NCBI RefSeq assembly: GCF_033153115.1
Contig: NW_026889803.1
Span: forward strand, 15,872,001 to 15,936,000
DNA length: 64,000 bases
Source of the DNA: Saccostrea echinata
Taxonomy: Eukaryota
Direction: 5' to 3'
Below are positions 10,031 to 22,167 of this stretch, piece by piece. The notes beneath the pieces were generated by a model. The model had not been told where the DNA came from and searched no databases. It was given only the letters and a program-made list of their open reading frames with translations. The position numbers were made by a program, and so were the translations under genes. The first letter of the stretch is position 1. Each line of letters starts with the position of its first letter.

Positions 10031-13000
10031 CTAACTTGATTTGTCAGACAAATCAACGCAGTTTGTCACATGATGGTGTTTCCTTGGTAACAGCATGGAC
10101 AACAGAATAAGAATCATGCCAGTAACATAAATAGAAAACACTGTGTTTTCATTGGGAAGGAAGCACTGATTTATGTTAAAGTCTGTATCAGATATCACAG
10201 CCTGTAAAGAATAAAAAAAAAAAAACGCATGAAACCAGAATCCAGATTAACATGCTACAAAGACACATAAAATGACTTCTAGATAAATTGTTTATGTATT
10301 TTGATACATGTTTACACTTTTCAAAGGAACATTTACAATGTACTTACATTTGAACCATTCAGAAAATGAAAATAATATTTGGCGCAATAAAAAAAAAACT
10401 TGCCAATAGAAAACTGGGTCCTTTCTTGTTTCTCCAACTAAAGGAGGCCACTGTCCACTCTGGTACACCGTTGTCATGGACACGATGGCAGCCATGATGG
10501 GTATGAGCACTTACAATAAGTCTTGGATTCACCCATTTAAATACCTGTGAACAAGTTCTAAGTAATAAATAAGGAAAAAGGAAACGTACAGTTGAACTTC
10601 CAATATTTTGAATACCATGGATAAAATGAAGAGAGTTGGAAGTCCCAACCACTTTTTCTTTGTGTATCAATAGCTATTACAGAGGAAATCAATATCTTGA
10701 ACATTGGACACCTCAATGATTTTATCGATCCATCAAGTTTAAGATAAGGACGTTTGACTGTATATGATACAATTATAAACAATTATTTTTAGATTTTTTT
10801 TAAATAATATTTTTACTGAAAATATCATCATGATAAAAAAAAGGAAATCTCAGACCAAAACATACCCTTATAATTCTGTGGTTTAACTTAAAATTTTCCT
10901 TATACAAAACCATCATGTTATAAAACAAAGTAATTTTGCTTCTTATTTCTTATTTCTTCTATAAGAAATACACTGTACATGTATAGAGTATGTAATGCAA
11001 TATAATGCACCTGTTTTGATGCTTCCTGTGACAAGCAGTCATACTTTGGACGAAATGGAATGTCTTTCTCTGCTGAGGGTGCTGCATCGGGAGTTGAGCA
11101 ATTGTGATCTGATGGACGAAACATGGGAAAATGCTGTCCAAAAAAAAAAAACAGTGAACAGCAATGGAATGATAAGGAGATTGATCTCTTAATAATGTTA
11201 CTTTGATATTTTTGCATACTACATTGTATTGTCAACAACATAAGCAAAACTTGACGCACTGTCTTTTGAGAAAACTTTTTAAAATATATTTGAAAATTCT
11301 AATGGAAGGCACTCAAAGCAGGGATTCACCTTGCATAATTTCTATTTGTAAAAATACACAATTTCTTATATAATTAATTGATATCAATTCATGACCCCTT
11401 TCAGCTTAGATCAACCAAACCGAAATCAATATTCAATTTAGTGAAAATATGCAGTGTACAATTTTACTTAATTTGTTTGTGTTAGACAGCAACAATCTTG
11501 AGTATGAATACAATAAGTTAGAGCATATATTATCAGAGGAACTTCAAGCTGAACATCAGTTAATTCAGAATAATCATTACTACGTACACAGCTGAACTTG
11601 GTTATGTTGAATTCCAGCAATATATGGAACACAGTTGATTGTCTGATATCATCATAAACACAAACTTCAACAGTATCTGATTCTCAAATGCACAGATGTA
11701 AACACACTTTTTTTTCTACAGGGTCATAATTCCGAGGAATCACAATTTTTGTTCAATGTAGAAACTAGAAAATTCTGTAAACCAAGTTTTATTCGCATGC
11801 GAGAAATATCCACGAGTTATGAGACCTACTTTCACTCACAAATTTTAATCACTGCAAACCATTTATTTTGCTTTGTATTTGTAGAGAATGTTTCCCCATT
11901 CAGGAAAATTAATCGTCACGGATTGATTTTAAACTGACGAATCCGGAATAAAAGATGACGTGAATAATTGGTTTGCAGTACACATATTTATTGGATTACC
12001 ACTGTATGTCTTAAATGCACTTTAAGTATACTGTGACAATACATATATGTACTATAAATTAATCCCACAAAAATGTACATCTACATTATCAAAAAGTTTT
12101 CTGTCAGCCTTAGTTAAAATCAAGATATCAAGGTTCAACTGTATTTCACCACATAAATACCTGCATAAGTATGGGTTGAGTATAAGATAACTTCTTCATC
12201 TTCTTGCAGGCTGAGGGTATTTTCTTTTTTGAAAGGCTTTCCTATTAAACAGACACAAACTTATATTCAAATAAAAGATTCATTCCATCATGTACAGTTC
12301 GTTAATTTACTCTTCTTTTTTTTTAACTTTATTTCTTCACAAAGGATTAGTTTTTCAAACTCTGTACATTTTGAGAAAAATATGCTGATTATTTTAAATG
12401 CACTTTACTTTAAATGCTAATTATAACTATTGTATAAAGGGAAAATTCTGCCCCATTTTATTTTCGCCCCTTTTGCCCTACTCACCGGTGGGCGAATTCA
12501 AAAAACACAGTATAATTTCTTAAACAGAACTATAACTGGGCGAATTTAAAACTGGGCAAAATTGTTTGCAAGTGTGAAAGGACAAAAAATAACACGGGGC
12601 AAAAATAATCCTGTATTCAGTATATAAAATTTTTATATTACTTTGTCATTCAAGCTTAAGAGAAAAAAAAAGATTTTGATCCTCTGTCAATCTTATAAAA
12701 ATAGAAATGCAATACAATATATTCTACCTGAGAACACTTAAGCTGAAATGAAATTTTTTCCATCTTTTCTACAGCCTCTGAACAGAGGCTACACCCATCA
12801 CCCTCCATGGCCATACTGTTCATCAGAACAAAAATCTTGCCATGAATCTCGACCATCTGAACAGACGGAGCAGAAAAGGCTTCCTCAAATCTCCGGTGCT
12901 TTTGCTCTGTCATCCTAAACAATGCAAAATAGAATCAGAGTTGAAGTCTAATGGGTTTGATTCCATTAAGAATAGATAACTTTTCTTTGTGATTATAAAA

Positions 13001-15257
13001 TACAAGAGGCCCATGGATCTAACAGTCTTCTAATACAGTAACAGGGCTTAATTAACTCTTTTTGAAACAGGGTCCCCTATCCTTTCAATTGGGAATTTTA
13101 AATCAAAGAAATGCCAAAATTTGGAAATTTTGATGTCTTATAAGTTTTAATATTGAATAAATAGTTAGATTGAAAGCTCATTCCCTATTAACATGTCAGG
13201 AATCATTCAAATCTCAATTAATCTAGTTTTTGTTATGAAAAAAAAACTACTAAAAACATCAAACTGCTAATCATTTGGGAATTTTTACCTTATGTTTGGG
13301 GAAAAAAAAGAATAAATTTTCAAGTGTTACAGGGTCCTTTTACCAGTCCTGGATGCAAAGTTATTAGCCCTTTATAAGATGAATTTTCTGACACACTTCA
13401 TCTGACCTTTATTTTTATCTTTTCCTTTGAAAAACTCAAGAGCCTTAATTTAATTTCACTAAATTACATGTACATGGTTTTACACCCTTTTTTTCCTGAG
13501 CAATGGCTTGAAATAAAATTGTATCCAGCTACTGGTATATAAGGATGACTGCATTGAAATTTGATGATTTGTCTCCTTCAAGTTTTTGAGAATATTTATG
13601 TAGATCTAAATTTACACATGCATTTTATATGTTAAACACTGGACCCTTTGTTGCCACATCTTTGCTCCAGGGGTAATAGTCTGAACAATGACATCTATTT
13701 AGATGTGCATGCTTCCTTGTAGATTTGACATTTTGTAGCCTTTAACTAGGAAATGATCTTCAGAAGGAGAAGAACTCGTAAGTTGATAGAACTTGTTTCT
13801 TATCCTTTTGCTTGTCAATAAAATATGTTCAAAACAAAACAAATGATCTTCAAAAACTCAATTCTGGACATTCATCCAGAAATCATAGATCAAAAACTGC
13901 ATGCCACTGTCTTTTAAGAAAGTATTAAAAATGTGAGATATTTTACAATTTTTATATTTTGACTGTATGCTGATTGTTAAGTGCCCCCCCCCCCCCTTAT
14001 AAAATCTAAAAGTACTCACATATAATGGAAACCTATATCATGATTTCCTGTGACAACATAAGTCTCGACACCAGGAGGTGTGGAAAACATCTTTTTAAAA
14101 CGTTTCACATGATAATTAAATTCTGCTTTAGTGCACCATTTTCCTTCATCCAAGAGATCACCTGTAAATTAAGAATGTTTATTTTGATGAAGGTTAATTA
14201 GTGCAAGAAAATATTTTATGCCAGTTGTCTGCACTTAGTAATTTCTTCGAACAGATAGCAGAAATGTCACTAATCTTACAAATATTAGTGGGAAAATTAT
14301 ACAATTATTAATAATTATAATTATGATGATAATAATCAAAAGAAAGATAATCTATCAGAGTATTGTCAAAGAAAAGAGAGAAAACATACATACAGTGGAA
14401 CTTCCATATCCCGAACATCGATATCTTAAATACCATGGATATGTCGAAGTGAAATGAAAGTACCAATCACATTTTCTTTATGAATTTTACCCTCAATATC
14501 TTGAACCCTTTTATATCTCAAAGTTTTTTTTTCAGTTTCATCGACTTCAAGATAAAGAAGTTCAACTGTATGTATTTAATTCAATACCTAATATAAATAC
14601 TACATCTGGATTGTGAATTGTCATGCTACTTTGAAAAGATCTTTCCATCTGCCACTCCCTGAAAATGTTTTAATAGTTTTCAAAATACCATTTATATTTT
14701 TATCACTATTAATATAAAGATAAATATGAGGAATACTAGTATATTTCAAAGCCATGCAAGTTCCAATATTTTGACTTGACAACAAGTCATATTTTTTTAT
14801 GTGATTACTGATTGCAAAACACGTTCCTAAGAATAATCCAAATTTTAAACTCGTTTTGATACATAATATGCATTTTTTTTAAATTTAAGAAAACTTTTCA
14901 TATAAAGTTATTAAATGCTTTAAAAACAAAAAAGTCTTGCCTTCTAAGTTTGTCAAACCAGTGCCCTTCCTTCCATCCAAGAATATGAGTGTCTGCTAAA
15001 ATCATCACTTTTAGAGGCTTAGATTTGATTGGTAGCTGTGCAGTGTCCATCTTTAAAACTGGCCACTTGCAGAATAATAACACTACGTAGTAATGAAAAA
15101 ACTCACAGTACATCAACAAGCAAATTACTAAAAAGAAAAAACGGACTAGTCTTCTTGTACGCAGATAGAAACAGAACATCCCAGGTAACTGAATTATTAA
15201 CCACCGCATGGCTTCCAGTGATTGATGAGGACATCTGAATTTTGTTGTAGTTTTCAT
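10031..15257 (-). CDS. MPPE1: metallophosphoesterase 1 (PGAP5), ~410 aa, 8 coding exons
   Basis: Exons 15257-14941, 14658-14588, 14161-14020, 12914-12728, 12241-12161, 11133-11011, 10544-10404 and 10201-10031 total 1233 nt in frame. Motifs ADTHILG..HWFDKLRREWQMERSFQ, LGDLLDEGKW, GNHDIGFHY, QHFPMFR, SAHTH, SFSWRN and a C-terminal TM segment match MPPE1. Start could be the downstream ATG at 15209. Confidence 0.93.
12428..12622. mobile_element. short MITE family; further copies at ~21180-21383 and ~41574-41742
   Basis: Shared TA(C/T)TGTATA.AG...TTTTGCCC...GGGGCAAAAAT..CCTG.AT.CAGTA layout in three places. Confidence 0.6.
14391..14570. mobile_element. Tc1/mariner-pogo-type MITE (CAGT..ACTG, TA flanks); relatives at ~34370-34522, ~35200-35410 and ~48600-48729
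   Basis: TACAGTGGAACTTC / GAAGTTCAACTGTA ends, with GATATC-rich interiors shared among the copies. Confidence 0.6.
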
Positions 15258-16472
15258 GGAACATAATTCTCAAGAAGATCAATCTGTAACATTCATTTTT
15301 CATACTCCAAACTCTGTTGATGTGTCTGTATTAAATGAAATTTGAAAAGATAAGTTTTTTTTAAAACCAGGTATTGTATTACAAGACATGTAAGTACATG
15401 TATAAGCAATATTCTCTAAATCTGTTTTTAATTAATGCCAGAATTTGGATTTTAAGATCAGGGCTTAATTGACCATTTTTGGTATAGGGTCCTGTACTCT
15501 TTCAATTGGGAATTTTAAATAAAAGAGGGCAAAATTCGGAATTATTTGTGCATATATTAGCAAGCACAGCGAGCGGCGCAAAGCACCACTTGTCACTGCA
15601 AGCTCTTAAAGCAACGCCTTGGTGAAGAGAAAATTTGAACTTAATGTACATTGATCCAAATGAATTTTTTTCTGCTGTAACCTGTGGTCCCATAATGCTT
15701 GCGAATTGTATCTCACTACAAACTACATTCTAGTGGTAGCAACAAAAGTTCAACAAGAAATAAAATCACATTGATTTAACGGATATAATTGCAGAAAAAC
15801 AGTAGATTAAACATTCTTCATGAAAATGGCTGTTCATGCTTCAGTTTGGTAATGCAAGTTAAACAGATGTCATGTGACGTCAGAGTCTAATTGTACCAAA
15901 TGTCACGTGTGTTTTGAAGAGACAGATGCAAATTTTAAACTGAATAGGTACATGTATCTGCACTTGCCCTAGAGGTTGCACCATCAACATGTTATGTTTA
16001 ACAGTAAACTGTACATTAAAGGAGTAAGATTGTAGGATTATTCCTTATTTACATGTTTTACAGCTTACTCAAGCTATATATTTAAATCAAAAGATAGTGC
16101 CAGACCTGACAAAAGGAACAAATCTTGTATCATGACATACTAATGTAATATTAATCTGAATCCTGAGTCAATGTATTTATAATGTGTATAACGTGCACAG
16201 TGTCTAAGAATTATTAAACAAAAGTTACCAGCCCTGATATCCACATCTTTTTTTTTAATTATAAGCATTGTATTAAACTTAAACATCCTTAAACTGTTAA
16301 CAGCTATTGAACAGCTGTTAAATATAAAAATAAAGAATTCATCTTTCAAGTCTTGGTAATATTAATTGAGATCCTCCACAACATTTGTTTAAGCTTAATT
16401 TTTACGATGTGTTTTACTTGATCGTTATACGATTTCAGGAAAAAGCAAAATCTGTTAAAAAACTAAAAATAC

Positions 16473-16775
16473 CTCTGGCAGCTCACTGGAGGCTGCCATC
16501 TTGAAATATCATAATACTCAAACTGGTGTTTTCTAATCCGAATTTTCATTTAACAATTAAAAAAATTAAACATTAAACATGTATTCCTTTAAATGTATCT
16601 CTGTTATTGCAAATTATTAGTATATAATGTCTAGTATTATTTTCTTTAAAGATAAGTATTTAAAAATTGCAGGATGGATCGAAACCAGTTTGACTAATAA
16701 TCATTATTCTTCCGGGTCATTGCCAGGGTTAAGCGTCATGGGGGATGGCATTTAGATTCTGTGATAAATTGCAAG
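16473..16775. promoter_or_regulatory. bidirectional promoter / first exons of MPPE1 (-) and MATCAP (+)
   Basis: Minus-strand donor GAG|GTATTT at 16473 preceded by YY1-like CAAGATGGC (16495-16503). ETS-like CTTCCGG near 16709. Plus-strand donor AAG|GTAAAT at 16775. Confidence 0.55.
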
Positions 16776-18486
16776 GTAAATAGTCTAGTTTCCATTACTT
16801 GTCATGTAGCAATTCATTTTAAATTCAAACAAATGAAAAAAGAGGGGAAAAATATGCCTATATTGAAAAAATGTTGATTACGAAAAAGGTATCGATTATG
16901 TTTTCCCCGCTTTGGACATGACACGAATTAACCTTCACTTTTCAGTGTGCTAAATAAGCATATAGCCGGTTCAGCAATCAACATATATTGTAAAATCAAT
17001 AGATTACTTTTTTATGGCAACACTTGAAAGGACTTTTTCTCTCTATGAAGGAAGTTTGCGTAAGTTTAAAATTTAAATCAGCTTAGGCCAAATTTATTAG
17101 TTTATGGGTATACCCCACCTTCTGTAGTCATTTTTTAAAAAGTCAGCTAAATGGTTTAAATTTAATTTTGACCCCTGTTGTCATTGCTAACTATAATTTT
17201 GTTTGTTTGGAGTAATTTATTTGTTAAAAGTGATCACAATATCAAAAACAAATTATTCAATTTTCAAGAAAGCAGAAAACAAACAAAACTTTGCTGTGTT
17301 GTAATTATAACTACCTATGCTTGTAAATTAATAAATTTTACAAATAAACTCCAAAACACCTGCACCAGAGTTCATACTACTTGCTCCTATAATATTACCA
17401 TAGGTATGAGATTAACTGTCCGTAAACTATATTTATTTATCACTTTCATAGTACATTGTAATTATTGTAAATTTCATTAAAAGTCTACTTTTTTCAATAA
17501 ACAGCCATGAAATACAAAAAAGAGAGTATGATTGTTGTTACGATTGGCGGATCTAAGTTACTGGCAATTTTTAATGAAACTGCACAACAAGCAATCATTT
17601 AATTATTTGATAAAACTTCATTAGTAAATTATTCAATCAAAACTTGATTTGAGTGATAAAGAAAAAATAAGTTGTGATGACTGATTAAAAAAACAAATGT
17701 GCCAATCGTTTCTGTCGGTCCCTGATCTCAGTCTTGATGGAAATTTCTAGAACATTGTATGGCATTGAACCCAATGTTTTAACATATACATGAACACATG
17801 ATGAATTTAAAAAAGTTTTGATGTGAACAGGCATGGAAATGATGGTGAAGCAATTGGTAACACTATTAAGTAGTGAATATATTTACATATCAAAAAACTA
17901 TTGATAAGTTGTCCTGATAAATTTGCATATTCGCCACTGAGAGCGTCATGGTTATGAACCGGATTTGATTTGAGGGAGTATAAAGTGTCATATGAAATAT
18001 GAAATATTTATAAATTTATTAGTGTAAGCTACAACACCTATGAGAATTTCAAAATTGATGTGAAAACCAATTTATACCTATGTTGGAAATTATGAATTAT
18101 AAATTACAGATTTATGTGTCTTGATGCTTCAAGTTTCTATTGAAGTAATATTTATAGGAGTAAGTGAACCATTCATAAATCATGATTTTCAATTTTATTA
18201 GACCTTACCAGTACACAGTATTGTGTTTAAAATTTCACTTTAAAAGCTAGGGGTTTTGCATTTGTTTTGGTAATCATAACTGATCATTTACAGGTAATTA
18301 CATTGTAAATTTCATTCTGCAATGAAAAGCCATCTTATGAAGTCTGTTTTGTTGTATGGAAAAATATGTTTTTATCGATGTCTTTATATTAATTTTATAG
18401 GTTTTAGGAGCAGCCATATTGAAAACTGCCAATTGAGTTTTAGAAGCAGATATTTAAGGACACCTTGAAATAAATACATTTTCATA

Positions 18487-21400
18487 ATGCCTACCAAACT
18501 GGTAAAAGATATTGCATCTTCAAATTCCTATGCTTCATTCTTTGCTCCTGTGAATAATCAGTATGACAAGGGAAGAAAAAAGAAAAGAAAGAAGAATGCC
18601 AAAAATAGAGCACAGCAAGTTACAGTCACAATAAAATCATTTGATCGGCCAAAATCTGACTTTGGATTCAAATCAGAAAAATCGTTTTGCAGGACCAACA
18701 CAAGTGACAGTCTAAACTCCACAAAGCTCCCCTCCATTTACAGTAGGTCCCCTCCAAGTCCCAGACTTTTGACCCCCTTAAATAGAACTCCCCCTGTTTT
18801 GTCAATGAACAGTGTGCCCACAGCATGTGAACGGAGGAAGAAATTACCACTTTTAGCTGCCATTAAACCGGACAATGAGAAAGCTGAAAAGGAGAGATTC
18901 ATGCGTGCCAATTTTCTGTATAACCCGTATTTTATGTATAGATTTCCTGCTGAACCTGAGGTATTAGAGAAGTGCAGTCAGCCATCTGATCGTTTTATAA
19001 ATGAGGTGAGTATGCACTGTATTGTTCTGCACATCTCTTTGCAAATGATTGCATAAATTTATCAAGCAAGTTTCAGTAGACATAATGCAAAGTAGGTAAA
19101 TTGCCAAATGTTAATTTTCTTGTTAGTTGTATACACTAATTATATCGTATATACTTGTGAGTAAATCTTGGGAAAATAATCTCAAAAATTGTTAATATTT
19201 TCCCTTCTTAAAAAAAATTTAATATTATTTCATTAGTTAACTGTAGGTGCATGTGTAAATTTGTTTATTTAGCATGTTACTAAGTATTAGTATTGTAATA
19301 TATTGCTCTCTAAAGTTATTGAAATGCATTTTATTGTTACAGGCTATTTATATCATGGAAAATTCACTAGAAAAATACGGCACCTATGAAGAATTTGAAG
19401 CTCAAACAGGAGGGCAGGTTATAGGAAGATCTCAGATCCTAGCCATCATCAAACGATACTTAAAACGAGAGGAATTAGAGGATGACATCCTCCTGAACTT
19501 AACGGATGAACTGCTGTCTCGAGGATCCATGACAAGGAACAAAGGAAAGCCGCAACTCAACGTTAGGACTGTCAACCTAAGAGAAATGTGGGTAGAGGGT
19601 TTACTACGACATGAAATAGGTGAGCTTTAAAAAAAGCCTTTTGGTGTTTTTTGTTTTTACATACGTGTTCAGTTGGTTGGTGGATGTGGTATAGCGGGTT
19701 ATTTTAGCGATTGGCAAATTTAGCGTTTTTATCCTAAAAGTTTACATTTATTAATAACCTTATTAATTTTTAGCGATTTTATGGATAAATGTATTTATTT
19801 TCTATGACAATATCTGTGATTGAATTATTAGCAACATTTACTCTAAGAGTTGGCAAGATCATTGCTAATAATGCCAAAATTCAGTGCTTGCTAAAAATTC
19901 CCATTATACGGTATATTTCAACAAACATATCAGCTGAGTCTCCCACCATATCATATTTGAAACTTCATAGCAAAATTACTCATTCATTTAAAAAAATTAC
20001 TTTACCTGTATTGAGTTCTCTCTGTATAAGACATTGCAATAAAATTTATTTTCCTAATTTGCTTAAATTTCTTCATAAAAAGGCTGCTCCCGCTAAAAAA
20101 TAGGATTATTCCCTGCAGGGAAAAGGACTATTCTTCATGAATATTTGTTAACAGAGTTTATAAAATTTCAAAACATTTGATAGGGCCTTCTCCACTGAAC
20201 ATTGTAAATCTGTGAAATTCTTACATGAATTCATACATGTAACTTCACTTGTTCAATTTTGTGTATTTGTATCATTATAAGAAAACATTCATGATAAGAA
20301 TGGATAATTTGGGAAATATCAATTTCATGGTCCCCCTCATTCCTGTTCCATAATTGTAAATTAGCTGTTACCCTCAGTTAAATTGTAAATGCAAAACATG
20401 TATTTATATAATTTAAAACATGTGCAACTAAAATTTTTGGACAAATTTTTACTTCACGTCAAATAAAAGTAGCAGTATTCATATAAATGTTCACATATGT
20501 AAGTTTTTTAAAGAAAAAAAGATCAATATCTATACCTCTGTGGAATATATCAAGAAGACTGAGCCATTCAAAGTTTGATTCTAAACTCTATCAAATGTAA
20601 ATTCAGGGTTGTCCTTAAGACCAGGGGAATTTCCTTGCCTATAATGATGTAATCACCCGGTTATTTTGGTATTCCCCTTAAACTCTCCATTAGGGGAAGG
20701 AACCCTAGACCCCCTCTACGTTTTTAAAGTCCCCTTCTATTTCAATTCTTTGGGACATCCCTGAAATTTATTAACTGTTCAATTAAATTTAATTGTATAT
20801 TATACAGGTACTCACCACTTAAGGAGTGTTAACAACAGATACCAACCTTGGAGTAACTGGAAAGTTCGGAAGGACATGGGTCTACGGTCCATGAACCCCA
20901 CAGAAGAGGGTCTGGCCTCCCTACACAGTGTTCTTTACCGCAAAGACCCAAGTCTATGGCGAGCTGCTGTGTTGTATTACACAGTTTTTAAGGCCTCACA
21001 AATGTCTCTAAAGGACTTGTTCAAAGATTTGGGTCAATATGTTCAGGATCCAAATGTGCGCTGGGACTACTGCATCAGGGCCAAAAGAGGACAGACTGAT
21101 ACGTCAAGACCAGGTATATTTTAATTGAACAAAAACTTTCACTCTTAAAATGTCTTTTTAAGATTTATTTTATCATGACTATTGTATACAGAAAAATTTT
21201 TGCTCCCATTTTTTCTTGCCCCTTTTGCCCTTGTTGCAAGAGGGTTAATTTAAATGAATTCAAAGAAGACAGTATTATTTCTTTAACACTACTGACTCTG
21301 GGCAAATTTAAAACTGGGCAAAATTGTTTGAAATTGTGAAGGGGTGAAATTAAGACAGGGCAAAAATAACCCTGAATACAGTATTTCTCTTTATGGGAGC

Positions 21401-22167
21401 TGTATGACTGTCAGTTTTCTAGATTGGTATAGACTGTTTTAGTAATGGTACTTTTACCGGTACATTATTTACTCCTCAGATTTATGATTGATATACAATG
21501 TACCACTGTAAAGAGAAAACTGCAAGTTATCTGGAGCACTAGTGCTTTATGGACATCTTAGATATGACACCAAATAAATTGATTTACAAGTACCATTCTT
21601 TCTGTGGCATTTAAAAACTTACAGGCACTTTTTTTTTTACCCCATTGATTGTCTTTTTTCTCAGTTTTACTATCCAATACCCCTTCCTGAACATTATTGG
21701 GTTGAATCATGGACCTTATTGTGGGGTTGACAACATTGAACATATCCCTCAACTTCTTCACCTTATCACTAGAGAGAGAGAGAGAGAGAGAGAGAGCACA
21801 TGTCAAAAATATATTACATTGTATTACAAAGTGACAATCCTTAGAGAGACTTCCTCAATTTTTGGTAAAGTTTACCATTTATTTAAATATGTAACGTTAT
21901 GGATTTATTTCAGGTGCATTCTGTAAGGACCAAGTCTACCTTGATGGTGCTCTTCAGATATTGAAACACAGAAGACACATAGACTTTGAGATGCTGATCC
22001 GGTTAGGGAAAATTGCCTGGCAGGACATTGATATACTGAGACCTTACGCTGAGTTACAGGAAACCCAGATTCCATTCTTTATGGAGGACATGACAGCTTA
22101 CAGGAAGCATTTAGACAGGATAGCAGAAGCTAATGGTCTAACAGATGAAATCCTTACAGCTGTATGA
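18487..22167 (+). CDS. MATCAP1: microtubule-associated tyrosine carboxypeptidase (MATCAP / KIAA0895-like) metallopeptidase, ~451 aa
   Basis: Exons 18487-19005, 19343-19619, 20808-21113 and 21914-22167, all GT-AG and in frame. Spliced motif LRHEIGTH (HExxxH), NPTEEGLASLHS, RWDYCIRAKRGQTDTS.PGAFCKDQVYLDG; basic, Ser/Pro-rich disordered N-terminus. Likely co-orthologous to MATCAP1 and MATCAP2. Confidence 0.92.
20604..20763. mobile_element. hAT5-like MITE (160 bp) with 5-bp TSD
   Basis: TIR CAGGGTTGTCC / GGACATCCCTG; AAATT duplicated on both flanks. Confidence 0.65.
21771..21796. repeat. (AG)n microsatellite
   Basis: About 13 AG units in a MATCAP intron. Confidence 0.9.
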
